Assembly (NCBI GenBank): GCA_963796965.1
Contig: CAWCNS010000004.1
Coordinates: 800,001 to 864,000, forward strand
Reading direction: 5' to 3'
Length of the DNA: 64,000 bases
From: Calditrichia bacterium
Lineage (GTDB): Bacteria > Calditrichota > Calditrichia > JAJRVZ01
The notes under the pieces are model-generated. The model was not told the origin of the DNA, made no database searches, and was given only the letters and a program-made list of their open reading frames with translations. A program made the translations under genes and the position numbers. Below, one piece after another: positions 20,886 to 31,463 of this stretch (the first letter of the stretch is position 1; every line of letters begins with the position of its first letter).

Positions 20886-23800
20886 ATGGGAAATCTTTGT
20901 CTACATACCGGGCCGCAAGGCTCCTATTATTTTTTTAGAAATCAAATATTCAACCATTTGAGTTCAGGTGATGAAGAATCGTTTCTTTATCTATTGCCCA
21001 TGAACCGCGCTGTTCGTTATTTTAAAAAGGAAATGGTTGAATTTTCCCCAAAACATGCAATACTGGACCTCAACATCTTCACTTTCAGATCTTTTCTCCA
21101 AAAAATCTATTCCAATCTTCATCAGAATAATAAAATAATTACACCGGAAATGCGATTAATTCTCTTGAGAGAGATTTTGAAAAATAATCATGATCAGATG
21201 GAATATTTCCAGTCCCAATGGGCTATAGGCAGGGGAATGGTGATAAAAGCGGACCAGATGGTAGATGAATTTTTCCAATTTGGATATCGCCCTGCTGATT
21301 TTAATCTACCACCCAAATCGGCCGAGATAAAATATAAAGATTTTGGCCATCTCATCACTTTACTCTTTGATCACTACAGTGATAAACTAATTGATGATTC
21401 ATCCCTGATAAACGCCGTTATAACTCAATTGGACACACAAGTGATTAAAAAATTGTATCCTCGTTTGCAAAAAATATATGTGAGCGGATTTGGCATTTTT
21501 TCACCACCAATGATCCAATTTATTCGTGTAATGAAAGAAATATGTTCGATAGAAATAAAACTCGAATTTGATAAAAGTAATGATGAATTATTTCAACATA
21601 GTGCTAATGCCTATGAGGCTCTGGTTCAATTGGCCGATAACGAAATTTATCATCCTGAAGATGATCTGGGAGTTGGCCCCTATCTGTTTAAATTTGTAGG
21701 AGAGAATTTCCAGAAGAAAAAGCTACCTAAACATTTAATTATACAAAAGGCTGTCTCCCGCTCTGAAGAGGTCCGGCTTATTGCTTCAAAGATAAAGTCC
21801 CTCGTAAATACCAGGGATATCAGATTAAGTAAAATTGGCATCACATTTCCAGAACTTGAATTATATGCGCCACTAATAAAAAAAGCCTTCAGAGAATTTG
21901 GAATCCCCTTTAATCTCTCAACGGGATTTCCGTTGGAGGAGTCTCCCTTGATACAGACTTACCTCCACGTCTTGAGAATTGCGGCATATGGAAATCGTCT
22001 TGAGGATATGTATAAATTGGCTCTCTCTCCATTTTTAAAGGAATCTCTTTTGGAAGAGGCCCAATTTTTATTTCAGACAGCAAGCAAGTGTAATATCAGA
22101 TTTCTATCAGGAGATTGGCAAGAAAAAATTTTGCATTTGTTCTCAGCTGATAGCCGGGATGTTATTAATCTTGGGAATATCAGCCGGACATCAAGTGAAG
22201 ATGCCAAAATGAAGCTGGAACGTATTAAAATGTTAGGTGACGTAATTCAACCCCTCACAAAAAGCGGCTCGATTGGTGATCTTCATTCACTTTATCTGAA
22301 AACATTGGACTCCCTGGGATTATTAAAATGGTATGATCCAGCTAACGTGGATTTGAAAATTCAGGAACAAGAGAAGGAATTCCGCGCCTTTAACCGATTT
22401 AACAAACTATTAAATGAAGTGCGCTGGATACTAAATTTTATTCACGGCAATAAGGAGATACCAATCTCAGATTATTATCAATATCTTTCATTGGTCATAG
22501 AAAAATCAACTTACAATCTTCGGGAGTGGTCTGATTATGGTGTGCAGATAATGCCAAGATTGGAAATACTCTCCCTGGATTTTGATCATTTCTTTATTGG
22601 AGGATTGATTGAGGGAGAATTCCCAAAATTATTTTCCCGGGATATTTTCTTTAATGATGAAGAGCGACTTGAGATGGGATTAAATGCCAGTGAAGATCGC
22701 CTCCATCAGGATAGATTTCTTTTTTACCAATGGCTTAACTCCAATTCCCGAAATATAACCCTGAGTTATCCTTTGACCGAGAAAGATAAAACACTTCAGA
22801 TGTCCACTTTTTTAACATCTTTAGAGGAAGTTACAGAAAATCTTGAGTATCAAGATTTACCCGGTAAAGATGATGTCATCTCTAAAAAATCCGTGCTCCA
22901 ATATTTGAGTGAATCCCTGAGGAACGGCCTGACTGAAAAACAAAAAATTCTTTATCAGTCATGGATGGGAGGATCAAACCTTCAGATTGCTGCGCAATGG
23001 GAAAACGGTATACACTACCTTGTTAAACGCCGTGGTCATAACGCGTTTACCGAGTATGAGGGTAATCTCAGCAATTCTGAAGTCGTTCATAGCTGGATAC
23101 AATCAAATCATTCTAATCGACCTTTCTCAATTACAGGTTTGGAAGCCTATGCATTCTGTCCCATGCAATATTTTTTGCAACGGATTCTCAAATTAAAAGA
23201 GGAAGAAGAACCGGAGACGAGCATTAATAATTTGGAAAGAGGTAATGCTCTTCATAAGATCCTCTACAAATTTTACGATGGATTAACCTCCGTCCAAAGA
23301 GAGAGGCCCTGGGAACATCTGGATAAGCTGGAGGGGGTAGCCAGAGATATATTTATGAAGTTGCCATATGATGATATCCTCTGGTCCCTCGAGAAAGAAA
23401 AATATTTCGGACTTGGCTCTTCAGTAGGTCTTTGGAGGAAATTTCTGGATATTGAAAAAGAATCTATTGAGCAGACTCCATTCAAACCCATATATTATGA
23501 GGCAAAGTTTGGTCATTTCAGAGGGAATACTGAGAATGAAGAACAGTTTAAACCGCTGATTATAAAACGTGAAAAAGGTGATATAAAAATATATGGGGTT
23601 ATTGACAGAATTGATACCGATGGAACCGGCAGATTGATTGTTATCGATTATAAGACCGGGAGCGCAGCAACTAAAATAAATTTAGCTCAAATTCTGGAGG
23701 GATTAAGCCTTCAACTCCCGGTATACCTGGCGGCTACCAGGAACATTCCACTAAAAACAGATCAGGTGTCGATCTCAATTGCCGGTGTATATTACCAGAT

Positions 23801-24101
23801 TAAGGATGATGAAAATTGTAAACAGATTGTTGTTTTTGCTGATGGCGATCATTGTTCGGATCTCCCATTTCCCCAAAAGGTGCAATTACCTCAGGCCGCA
23901 AAAAATGATCAGGATAAGGTTTACACTTTTTCTGATGTGATTAATGGGACCTTGACACATATTACCGGTTTGGTGGAGAATATTGAAGAGGGAATATTTA
24001 TGCATACCAAGGATCCTGCCAATGAGAAATGTAAGTCCTACTGTGCATATAGCAAGATCTGCCGTAAAGATATCTCAAAATTGTTAACAATAAAGGAATA
24101 G
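20886..24101 (+). CDS. addB: AddB/RexB-like helicase-nuclease subunit with PD-(D/E)XK nuclease and 4Fe-4S cysteines
   Basis: EVRLIA, FSITGLEAYAFCPMQY, ERGNALHKIL, GVIDRID...IDYKTG, LQLPVY, C-terminal CKSYCAYSKIC; degenerate Walker A (GPQGSYY). Confidence 0.85.
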   Translation: MGNLCLHTGPQGSYYFFRNQIFNHLSSGDEESFLYLLPMNRAVRYFKKEMVEFSPKHAILDLNIFTFRSFLQKIYSNLHQNNKIITPEMRLILLREILKNNHDQMEYFQSQWAIGRGMVIKADQMVDEFFQFGYRPADFNLPPKSAEIKYKDFGHLITLLFDHYSDKLIDDSSLINAVITQLDTQVIKKLYPRLQKIYVSGFGIFSPPMIQFIRVMKEICSIEIKLEFDKSNDELFQHSANAYEALVQLADNEIYHPEDDLGVGPYLFKFVGENFQKKKLPKHLIIQKAVSRSEEVRLIASKIKSLVNTRDIRLSKIGITFPELELYAPLIKKAFREFGIPFNLSTGFPLEESPLIQTYLHVLRIAAYGNRLEDMYKLALSPFLKESLLEEAQFLFQTASKCNIRFLSGDWQEKILHLFSADSRDVINLGNISRTSSEDAKMKLERIKMLGDVIQPLTKSGSIGDLHSLYLKTLDSLGLLKWYDPANVDLKIQEQEKEFRAFNRFNKLLNEVRWILNFIHGNKEIPISDYYQYLSLVIEKSTYNLREWSDYGVQIMPRLEILSLDFDHFFIGGLIEGEFPKLFSRDIFFNDEERLEMGLNASEDRLHQDRFLFYQWLNSNSRNITLSYPLTEKDKTLQMSTFLTSLEEVTENLEYQDLPGKDDVISKKSVLQYLSESLRNGLTEKQKILYQSWMGGSNLQIAAQWENGIHYLVKRRGHNAFTEYEGNLSNSEVVHSWIQSNHSNRPFSITGLEAYAFCPMQYFLQRILKLKEEEEPETSINNLERGNALHKILYKFYDGLTSVQRERPWEHLDKLEGVARDIFMKLPYDDILWSLEKEKYFGLGSSVGLWRKFLDIEKESIEQTPFKPIYYEAKFGHFRGNTENEEQFKPLIIKREKGDIKIYGVIDRIDTDGTGRLIVIDYKTGSAATKINLAQILEGLSLQLPVYLAATRNIPLKTDQVSISIAGVYYQIKDDENCKQIVVFADGDHCSDLPFPQKVQLPQAAKNDQDKVYTFSDVINGTLTHITGLVENIEEGIFMHTKDPANEKCKSYCAYSKICRKDISKLLTIKE

Positions 24102-24236
24102 ATTTACCAAAGAAATCAGTTGGATATTTAAGTACTCTTCAAAACTCCCGAAGATATAATAAGTGTAATTTTTGTGGATTAATATAGTATATTCCAATTA
24201 AGTGCTCTAATTAATTATACAATTAAATCAAAGAGG

Positions 24237-25781
24237 TTGATTATGAAGCTCTCTTACCGAATGCTTGTTGTTCTTATTCCTCTCCTGGCAATCTTTCTCT
24301 CCAATTGTCAAAAATCACAGGAATCCGAAGAAAAGCAGACGCTTACCATCAAAGATATTTGGATTAGCGATCCTCAGGATTTGGATGGTGATGGGTTTGT
24401 TTCTCATTACCGGTTAAATTTTGATATCGATGTAAATACAGGCAGTAAAGATGTATTTGTCTGGGTGGGGTTTCAATATTACGATCAGGCTGATACGGCG
24501 CAAACTTATTATGAATATTTTGAATCCGTAAATTTTACAATCGAAGGCAGTTCGGAAGGGGATGCCCAGTATATTAATGTTGGTAATCCGAATGGTGAAT
24601 TGGCACAGGCGGGTTATGATTTTCTTTTTATTGTTCATGATGCCTCTGAACCGGACACCAGGCTTGCTGAAGCTTCCGAAGGAGATGATGATGATCTGGC
24701 AAATATCCCTATTGAATTATCTGCAACTGATATTGGCGTTTTAATATATGATGCCTGGTTTGGGGACTATATAGATCAGGATGGAGATGGTTATAGCTCA
24801 AAGGCAACGCTTTTTGTGGATGCCGATGCAACTCCCGGGAATAGTGGGGAAGTTCAATTGGTACTCTATGAAAAGATGACAGGATCCAATGATTATAATT
24901 TTATCGGGTTAACGGATGCTTTTACAGTGACCGGTGAGGAAACGGATGATATCATTGCCACAACCCTGTCCGGTTTTGAATCTGGCTCCTATGATTTTAT
25001 GGTTGAATTAGTCTTTAGCGGCTCCTTCTATCTGGAGGATATGAAGAATGCAGAAAACTGGCCTGATATTGGAACAATTAAAATGGAGTTGGCTTCTGAT
25101 GATGAACCGGTTTTTCCTATAACATTTAATAATACGGTATATACAGATATTGACATTACTATTTCAGGATACGGTACAAAGGTTGCCCCTCCGGGTGGGA
25201 ATGTTACCTTTAACCTGTCTGGGAATCCTGGTTCTTTTACGTATCATGCAGAAACAGCCGGCTATACAACTGGCGGAACCAGAATCGGTAAGCTTGTAAC
25301 CTGGGATTATACCAATGATGTCAGCGGATTAACCTCAGCAACCTATAATCTGAATGTGGGTTCGAGTCTTTTCTTTCTGCGCATGCAAAACAGTGGCACG
25401 GTTGATCTTAATCCTTTATATGTAAACTACGGCACCACGGCTCAAACCATGGATAATATTGTGATTCCTAAAGGTGGCACGATTTATCGTATTGGTTATT
25501 ATGAGGCATATACCAATACGCAGGTTAGAGCCTATAAGAGTGGGATATCTGGCTATATATATTGGGATCAGGGTACACATTTTACCTTACCTTTTACATC
25601 TAACCAAACTGTAACTTTATTGAATACCTTAAAGACAAAGACGAATATAGTGGTTGGCGATGATAAAAGTAGCCCGGTTGCAGCTGGAACTGAAAAACCC
25701 TTAATTGATCAAACTATCCAAAGTAATTTTAAAAATATTGGTGAAGGTGAACTGCAAATAGGAGAAGCGGCAAAAGAATAA
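24237..25781 (+). CDS. Acidic lipoprotein with two DxDGDG(F/Y)-containing beta modules (choice-of-anchor H-like)
   Basis: Lipobox-like LLAIFLSNC; DLDGDGFVSHYRLNFDIDV and DQDGDGYSSKATLFVDADA; Thr/Tyr/Gly/Asn-rich C-terminal domain. Confidence 0.7.
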   Translation: MIMKLSYRMLVVLIPLLAIFLSNCQKSQESEEKQTLTIKDIWISDPQDLDGDGFVSHYRLNFDIDVNTGSKDVFVWVGFQYYDQADTAQTYYEYFESVNFTIEGSSEGDAQYINVGNPNGELAQAGYDFLFIVHDASEPDTRLAEASEGDDDDLANIPIELSATDIGVLIYDAWFGDYIDQDGDGYSSKATLFVDADATPGNSGEVQLVLYEKMTGSNDYNFIGLTDAFTVTGEETDDIIATTLSGFESGSYDFMVELVFSGSFYLEDMKNAENWPDIGTIKMELASDDEPVFPITFNNTVYTDIDITISGYGTKVAPPGGNVTFNLSGNPGSFTYHAETAGYTTGGTRIGKLVTWDYTNDVSGLTSATYNLNVGSSLFFLRMQNSGTVDLNPLYVNYGTTAQTMDNIVIPKGGTIYRIGYYEAYTNTQVRAYKSGISGYIYWDQGTHFTLPFTSNQTVTLLNTLKTKTNIVVGDDKSSPVAAGTEKPLIDQTIQSNFKNIGEGELQIGEAAKE

Positions 25782-25834
25782 ATGATTTTTAGAAAAGAAT
25801 AAAAATGCATAAATAAAAAGAATGAGGTATAGAG

Positions 25835-26188
25835 ATGAAATATATAACAATTGTTTTTCTGTTAATTATTATGACCGTTTTGGTTTTTGCTCGGGCCAAT
25901 CAGGTGACTAGCAATAAAAAGAAGGCTACCTTCATAGAACAGGGTAAATCTGTTGAATTCGGTGAAACATCCGTTAGGGTTGAAAAAAATGCTTCCGGGC
26001 TTATTGAGGTGCAGCAAAATGGTAATCAGGTTGGGCGTAGAAGCAAAGAAAAGGAACCCATGGGATCAGCCAGCAGTTCAGGACCTGCTGTAAAGATAAT
26101 GAAGATTAATGCCAAACCGACTGTTTCTATACAGGAAGTTGCACGTTCACTGGACAATGATGGTGAAACGAAGAAAAGAAGTAAATAG
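25835..26188 (+). CDS. Hypothetical small exported protein
   Basis: SD GAGGT, hydrophobic signal peptide MKYITIVFLLIIMTVLVFA, 117 aa. Confidence 0.65.
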   Translation: MKYITIVFLLIIMTVLVFARANQVTSNKKKATFIEQGKSVEFGETSVRVEKNASGLIEVQQNGNQVGRRSKEKEPMGSASSSGPAVKIMKINAKPTVSIQEVARSLDNDGETKKRSK

Positions 26189-26189
26189 T

Positions 26190-26317
26190 AAATGACAAAT
26201 GCCCAAATCCAAATGCCAAATGAATGACCAAGCCCCAATGATTCAATAAAATGGCTATAACATAGTATTGAGTCATTGGGTATTGATTTGGCATTTTGGC
26301 TTGGATATTGGACATTT
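26190..26317. repeat. Imperfect inverted repeat built from about 7-nt units (AATGNCN / TGNCATT)
   Basis: AATGACAAATGCCCAAATCCAAATGCCAAATGAATGACCAAG ... TTGAGTCATTGGGTATTGATTTGGCATTTTGGCTTGGATATTGGACATT; same family as the unit of the 42.1-43.3 kb array. Confidence 0.75.
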
Positions 26318-26474
26318 AATTAATAACCTCGATTATAGTTACCAATTTATTAACGCACCTCACTTCCCCCTTAATCTATATTGTCTTAAATTCTATCATG
26401 TTATCTAAATTCCTAATTCCTAATTCCGAATGCCATGATGTAAATTAACAGATCATCAAATTAGACAAAGATAT

Positions 26475-29400
26475 ATGAACCATCTCACTCCAAATCAACA
26501 AGCGGCATTAGCACGCGATAAAAATATTGCTGTAACGGCAGGTGCAGGCACAGGAAAGACACGAATCCTGGTAGACCGGTATGTGGACATTTTATTGAAC
26601 GAAGAGGTTGAGGTAAAAGAGTTATTGGCGATAACTTTTACCAATAAGGCCGCCTCGGAGATGCTCGAACGTGTAAGCGAAAATGTTATGTTGCGTCTCA
26701 AGTCTGAAGAGGATGCACAGAGACGAAAAAAACTTACCCATATACATAATCATCTAAGTTCTGCTCAAATATCCACAATACATGCCTTTTGCGCGCGACT
26801 TTTAAGAGAGTATCCTTTGGAGAGTGGAAACCTTGATCCCGGTTTCAGGCAAACCGATGATTTTGAGATGGACTTGCTCATAGACGATAGCATCACAGAG
26901 CAGATTAAACAAATCAATCCGACCGACGATGAATGGCTTGATATGTTTCGTCTCTTTGGCGCACATAACATCAGGATGATGTTAGAGAAGTCCCTGGACT
27001 ACCGATATGAACTGAGCAGGACCACACAACGCTTTCAGAATGAATCACTCAATACGATGTTTGATTCTTTGGCAAATCAGTTTTTTAATTTAGTCACTGA
27101 GCAATTTTCGCCATCCTATCTGGATTCAATACAGTCCGTGAGTTTGTCTCTCCTACAATCATCTGTGATCGGGCAAAGTAGCAATGAGAAAAAAGAAACC
27201 GCTTTAAATGTATTAAATGATTATTGTGCAGAGGTTAATCCGGACACACTCAGTTATTGGAAATATCTCTATTTGTTGGCTGATCACTTTACTAAAAGGG
27301 ATGGTGGTGCCTATAAAAACCTGGCGCAATTGGGTGGAAAGAATGCCTGGACTACGCAGGAGATGGAGTGGCTCTTACAGTTATCTGACATGCTGGTACC
27401 GATAGCTGAGTGGAAAAAGAATGCCATTTCCACCTCCCCGGATGAGATAGACCGTGTTGTGCTTCGAAACCTTGTAAAATTTAACCATCTCTATCTTCTC
27501 CTTGACCTGAGCTATCAGGATAAAAAAAGACAGATATCGGCTGTTGACTATGAGGACTTGCAGTTGATGACATTGCATTTGCTTGAAAATCATCAGGAGA
27601 TAAAAAATCAGATAGCTTCCCGGTATAAATATATAATGGTTGATGAATTTCAGGATACGAATAAAGTCCAATGGGAAATTATTTCACGGTTGGGCGAGGA
27701 TAGTACAAATAAGTACTTTATCGTCGGGGATCCCAAGCAATCGATCTATGGTTTCAGAGCAGCTGACGTTCGGGTATTCAACACAGTTAAAAAAGAGTTT
27801 GCCGCGAAGAATATAGAAAGCGATCACTTGTTGTTCGAAAGTTTTCGATTTAAAGAAATTCTCAGCCGTTTTATAAATCATATATTTCCCAAAATCTTAA
27901 AACAATCAGAATCAAACCCTTGGGAAGTGGCCTATGATGATGTAGAGCCAAAAAGAGAAGATTCTGAGGGGGGACAGGTCGAATTCACTCTTTTAGATAA
28001 ATCTGATGATGAAAATATTCAAGCGGCATTTATTGCCAATCGGATTCTGGAATTACTTGAGACAACAGATTATGAAGCACGAGATATCGGTATCATAATG
28101 CGCTCACGTACCCATTTGACGGAAATTGAAAAACAACTAAGGGATCATGATATCTCTTTCAGAACGGTGGGAGGGATCGGATTTTACCAGGGACAGGAAA
28201 TATATGATGTTTACCATATGATAAAGTTTTTAATCAATCCCAACGATGATCTTGCACTGGTGGGGGTACTTCGTTCCCCCTTCGCTAACATATCTGATCT
28301 TGGGCTGTTTCATCTGAGTACCTACGATCGTGAAGAAGGTTACTGGGATGAACTACGTAATTTAGATAAAATTGATCATTTGTCAGATGATGATCGGCAA
28401 AATCTGAGGATGTTTATAGAGAAGGCAAATCAATGGAAAAACAGACGAGACCGAATTGGTTTATATGAATTGTTAACCGAAATATTTTCTGATAGTCTCT
28501 ATCGTTCGGTTGTTGCCGCTGATTTAAAAGGTGACCAGATTCTTGCTAATATTGAAAAAATTCTAAATTATGCCCTGATTTATGAAAAAAACCAATCGGG
28601 TTCAATCGTTGATTTTTCAGAATCGTTGAAATACCTGATTAACCGGCATCAAAAAGAGGGAGAAGCGATTCTTGACCTTAACGATGATAATACGGTGAAA
28701 ATAATGACCATTCACCAATCAAAAGGATTAGAATTTCCAATTGTGTTTTTACCTTTTCTCGATCAAAGCAGTGGGTCGTCCGCTTCCCATTCTATTTACT
28801 TTGATGAATCTTTTGGAACGGTTGCTAAAATTCAGAAAGATTATTTTACAAAAATAAACTCAAATTCCGAATCTTGTTTTATTTATGATCTGGCAAAATT
28901 TAAACAGAAAAATAAAGAATATGCTGAACTAAAACGCCTGTTTTATGTTGGATGTACACGTGCCAGAGATCACTTGATTTTAAGTGCCCAGCTTAAAAAG
29001 GACAAGGTCCCTGAGGATACGCCTCTTAGCTGGCTTATGATGGCAATGAATAAAGAGCATGATCAACTTGAAAACGGTTGGTTGGAACTTGAGAACGATT
29101 TAAAAATTCTGATCCACAGATCATTTGACGGAAAAATAACTTCTCAGGATCATGATCATAAAAATATTATAACTTCTCTGGATGAACTTAGAACTATAAA
29201 GGAAACTGATATAGATACCATTACTACTCCTCCAATCTTGTTGCCAACTAATGATCATCCTCAGGGAGAGATATTTTCCGCCACGCAATTATTAACATTT
29301 AAAGAAGATCGAAGGGAATATCAGCAACGCTATCATCTTGGATATTTTGAAGATGATTATGAAAAGATTGGTTTGGGGGAGGTTCATGAAGAACATGCCC

Positions 29401-29909
29401 TTGTGAGAGGAACCTTGGTTCATAAAATGATGGAACGATACCCTGATTATAATATTGATGATCTCATTTCGGAAATGGATATTTCAGATGCGTCTCTGAT
29501 AAGCGATTTAAAAGAAGATATAGGATATTTGGAAACAAAAATCCGGAACTCAACCCAAATTTTAGACACCTTACAAGCACAGAATTTTAAAAATGAAATT
29601 AATATTTTACGACAATTGGGAAATGATTTTTTAACGGGAACTTTGGACAAAATTTTTCAGGATGAAAAGGGGAACTGGGTCGTTTTAGATTATAAAACAA
29701 ATCGTATTAGCAAAAAGGATGTTGATAGCACAGCCAGGCGATATAAGGTTCAAATGGATGTCTATGCACTTCTATTGCAGAGTGTATTCCCCAAACAGGA
29801 AAATTATGAGGTTCGATTATATTTTATCGATGCAGATGAGGTGTTTTGTGACACGTATACACGAGATCGGATTAAATCTCATGAAAGAGAATTTGAGAAG
29901 CTGAATTGA
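26475..29909 (+). CDS. addA: AddA/RexA-like UvrD helicase-nuclease
   Basis: AGAGTGKT, ITFTNKAASEM, TIHAFC, VDEFQDT, VGDPKQSIYGFR, MTIHQSKGLEF, LFYVGCTRA, C-terminal GTLD...LDYKT nuclease. Confidence 0.92.
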   Translation: MNHLTPNQQAALARDKNIAVTAGAGTGKTRILVDRYVDILLNEEVEVKELLAITFTNKAASEMLERVSENVMLRLKSEEDAQRRKKLTHIHNHLSSAQISTIHAFCARLLREYPLESGNLDPGFRQTDDFEMDLLIDDSITEQIKQINPTDDEWLDMFRLFGAHNIRMMLEKSLDYRYELSRTTQRFQNESLNTMFDSLANQFFNLVTEQFSPSYLDSIQSVSLSLLQSSVIGQSSNEKKETALNVLNDYCAEVNPDTLSYWKYLYLLADHFTKRDGGAYKNLAQLGGKNAWTTQEMEWLLQLSDMLVPIAEWKKNAISTSPDEIDRVVLRNLVKFNHLYLLLDLSYQDKKRQISAVDYEDLQLMTLHLLENHQEIKNQIASRYKYIMVDEFQDTNKVQWEIISRLGEDSTNKYFIVGDPKQSIYGFRAADVRVFNTVKKEFAAKNIESDHLLFESFRFKEILSRFINHIFPKILKQSESNPWEVAYDDVEPKREDSEGGQVEFTLLDKSDDENIQAAFIANRILELLETTDYEARDIGIIMRSRTHLTEIEKQLRDHDISFRTVGGIGFYQGQEIYDVYHMIKFLINPNDDLALVGVLRSPFANISDLGLFHLSTYDREEGYWDELRNLDKIDHLSDDDRQNLRMFIEKANQWKNRRDRIGLYELLTEIFSDSLYRSVVAADLKGDQILANIEKILNYALIYEKNQSGSIVDFSESLKYLINRHQKEGEAILDLNDDNTVKIMTIHQSKGLEFPIVFLPFLDQSSGSSASHSIYFDESFGTVAKIQKDYFTKINSNSESCFIYDLAKFKQKNKEYAELKRLFYVGCTRARDHLILSAQLKKDKVPEDTPLSWLMMAMNKEHDQLENGWLELENDLKILIHRSFDGKITSQDHDHKNIITSLDELRTIKETDIDTITTPPILLPTNDHPQGEIFSATQLLTFKEDRREYQQRYHLGYFEDDYEKIGLGEVHEEHALVRGTLVHKMMERYPDYNIDDLISEMDISDASLISDLKEDIGYLETKIRNSTQILDTLQAQNFKNEINILRQLGNDFLTGTLDKIFQDEKGNWVVLDYKTNRISKKDVDSTARRYKVQMDVYALLLQSVFPKQENYEVRLYFIDADEVFCDTYTRDRIKSHEREFEKLN

Positions 29910-29973
29910 AGAAATAAAGCAGTATTATCCCTATACATCGAAGATGATTGTTTAAGTGCTTTCCATAATTTAT

Positions 29974-30249
29974 CTCACGCCGCGCCGCAACGAATAGTAA
30001 ACATTCCTTTCCTCGTAGAGGATAAATTATTGTAATAACATGCATAAACGAACAGCCCATCCTTGTAGAGGATGAATTATTGGTTGTACAATTAATTATA
30101 TATCCTCTACAAGGATTAGATGTTTTTATGGTACGATTATTGCTACTTCAATAATAAAACCTTTATGAGTTTATAACCTAATATCACAATATCGGGGATT
30201 TATAAACCGAAAGGAAAACAATCGCTGCAACGCTGCGTCGTTGCGTGAG
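29974..30249. repeat. Nested inverted repeats
   Basis: Outer CTCACGCCGCGCCGCAACGA / TCGCTGCAACGCTGCGTCGTTGCGTGAG; inner perfect 15-bp IR ATCCTTGTAGAGGAT (30059) / ATCCTCTACAAGGAT (30102); extra copy at 30010. Confidence 0.75.
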
Positions 30250-30282
30250 GTCGTCCAGCCTATAGGTTAGATCGAAGGAAAT

Positions 30283-30322
30283 AAAAAAGCCTTATCCCCA
30301 AAAAGGGAATAAGGCTTTTTTT
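30283..30322. terminator. Bidirectional intrinsic terminator between convergent addA and the PorV-like gene
   Basis: AAAAAAGCCTTATCCCC-AAAAA-GGGAATAAGGCTTTTTTT. Confidence 0.85.
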
Positions 30323-30337
30323 ATTAAAAACCAAATC

Positions 30338-30365
30338 GTAAAGGCGCGATTAATCGCGTCTCTAC
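30338..30365. repeat. REP-like palindrome (same family as 5262-5293)
   Basis: GTAAAGGCGCGATTAATCGCGTCTCTAC. Confidence 0.8.
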
Positions 30366-30383
30366 AAATGTTGGTTGTTTGCT

Positions 30384-31397
30384 TTAGAAAGCACCGGATA
30401 GAGAAAAGCGTAATACAGATCCGAGGACACTGCCCATATCACTATAGGAAACATCGATCTTGCCGGAAAAGGCATCTGTATTCAAATTAAATCCGGCACC
30501 GGCAGCAAATCCGCCAACGCCATCTGCAGAGCGAGAACCTTCCCAACCCAGTCGCAGAGAGAGCATGTTCATCATCCCATATTCAAGACCGACGTTCACA
30601 AATTGAGGGCGGTCTTGGGGATCAACACCTTCCACCGCTAACCAGGCGGTGTGGTCTGAAGCAGGTGCATAATCAAACATCTGCCACAAATCTGCGGCGA
30701 TACCTATTTTATAGGCCTGTGGTATCTGGAATTCCTCATTCTCAAATAATTGCTGACCAGCATAATTCCTTATGGACATGGTTAGCATGAGGCTTCTCCA
30801 ACCTGTTTGGAAGGATGTTCCGAAATCAAAAGCAATATCACTGATTTCGTTTTTCTTACCACCCTCTTCCAGCTCATCCCCGGTAAAGGTGTCATTCTGG
30901 CCAAGGTTCTGGCTTACCCACTTGATATTACCACCGATGGCAAAAAGATCGGTCATTTTGATACCATAACCGATACCGACGGACATGGCACTAACCGTAC
31001 CAACGTCAATTTCCGAATATCCGGCTTCATTATTGGCAATGGCGGTACCATTGAAATCACCGTAATCCATCAATTGGGCATGGAGAGCGAAGGTACCATA
31101 GGTACCGGTGTTCCAGGATATGGCCATATGGGAAACACTCATATCAGCAATCCATTGGGTGTAGTTGAAGTAAAAAGCACGTTTTTCGACGGTTGCCAAA
31201 CCGGCAGGATTATAAAAAACACTACCCAGATCATTCTGCGCCCAATCGAAAACATGTGCCATACCGGCTGCCCGTGCACTACCTCCAACACTGAGAAAGG
31301 TCATACCGGCCTGGCCTAGCTTTTTCATTTCCGCCTGAGCTGGTTGGGCAGCCCAAATGAAAAGGATTAATATTAATAAAAAACAGATTTTTTTCAT
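30384..31397 (-). CDS. PorV/PorQ (UPF0164) family outer-membrane barrel
   Basis: Signal peptide; FLSVGGSARAAGM, SVFYNPAGLA, YTQWIAD, terminal F. Confidence 0.88.
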   Translation of the reverse strand: MKKICFLLILILFIWAAQPAQAEMKKLGQAGMTFLSVGGSARAAGMAHVFDWAQNDLGSVFYNPAGLATVEKRAFYFNYTQWIADMSVSHMAISWNTGTYGTFALHAQLMDYGDFNGTAIANNEAGYSEIDVGTVSAMSVGIGYGIKMTDLFAIGGNIKWVSQNLGQNDTFTGDELEEGGKKNEISDIAFDFGTSFQTGWRSLMLTMSIRNYAGQQLFENEEFQIPQAYKIGIAADLWQMFDYAPASDHTAWLAVEGVDPQDRPQFVNVGLEYGMMNMLSLRLGWEGSRSADGVGGFAAGAGFNLNTDAFSGKIDVSYSDMGSVLGSVLRFSLSGAF

Positions 31398-31463
31398 GAG
31401 ACTTGCCTCCGTATTGAACTTTTCGTGGAGTAAAATATGTTTTGCATTAGCGTATTCTCCTGG

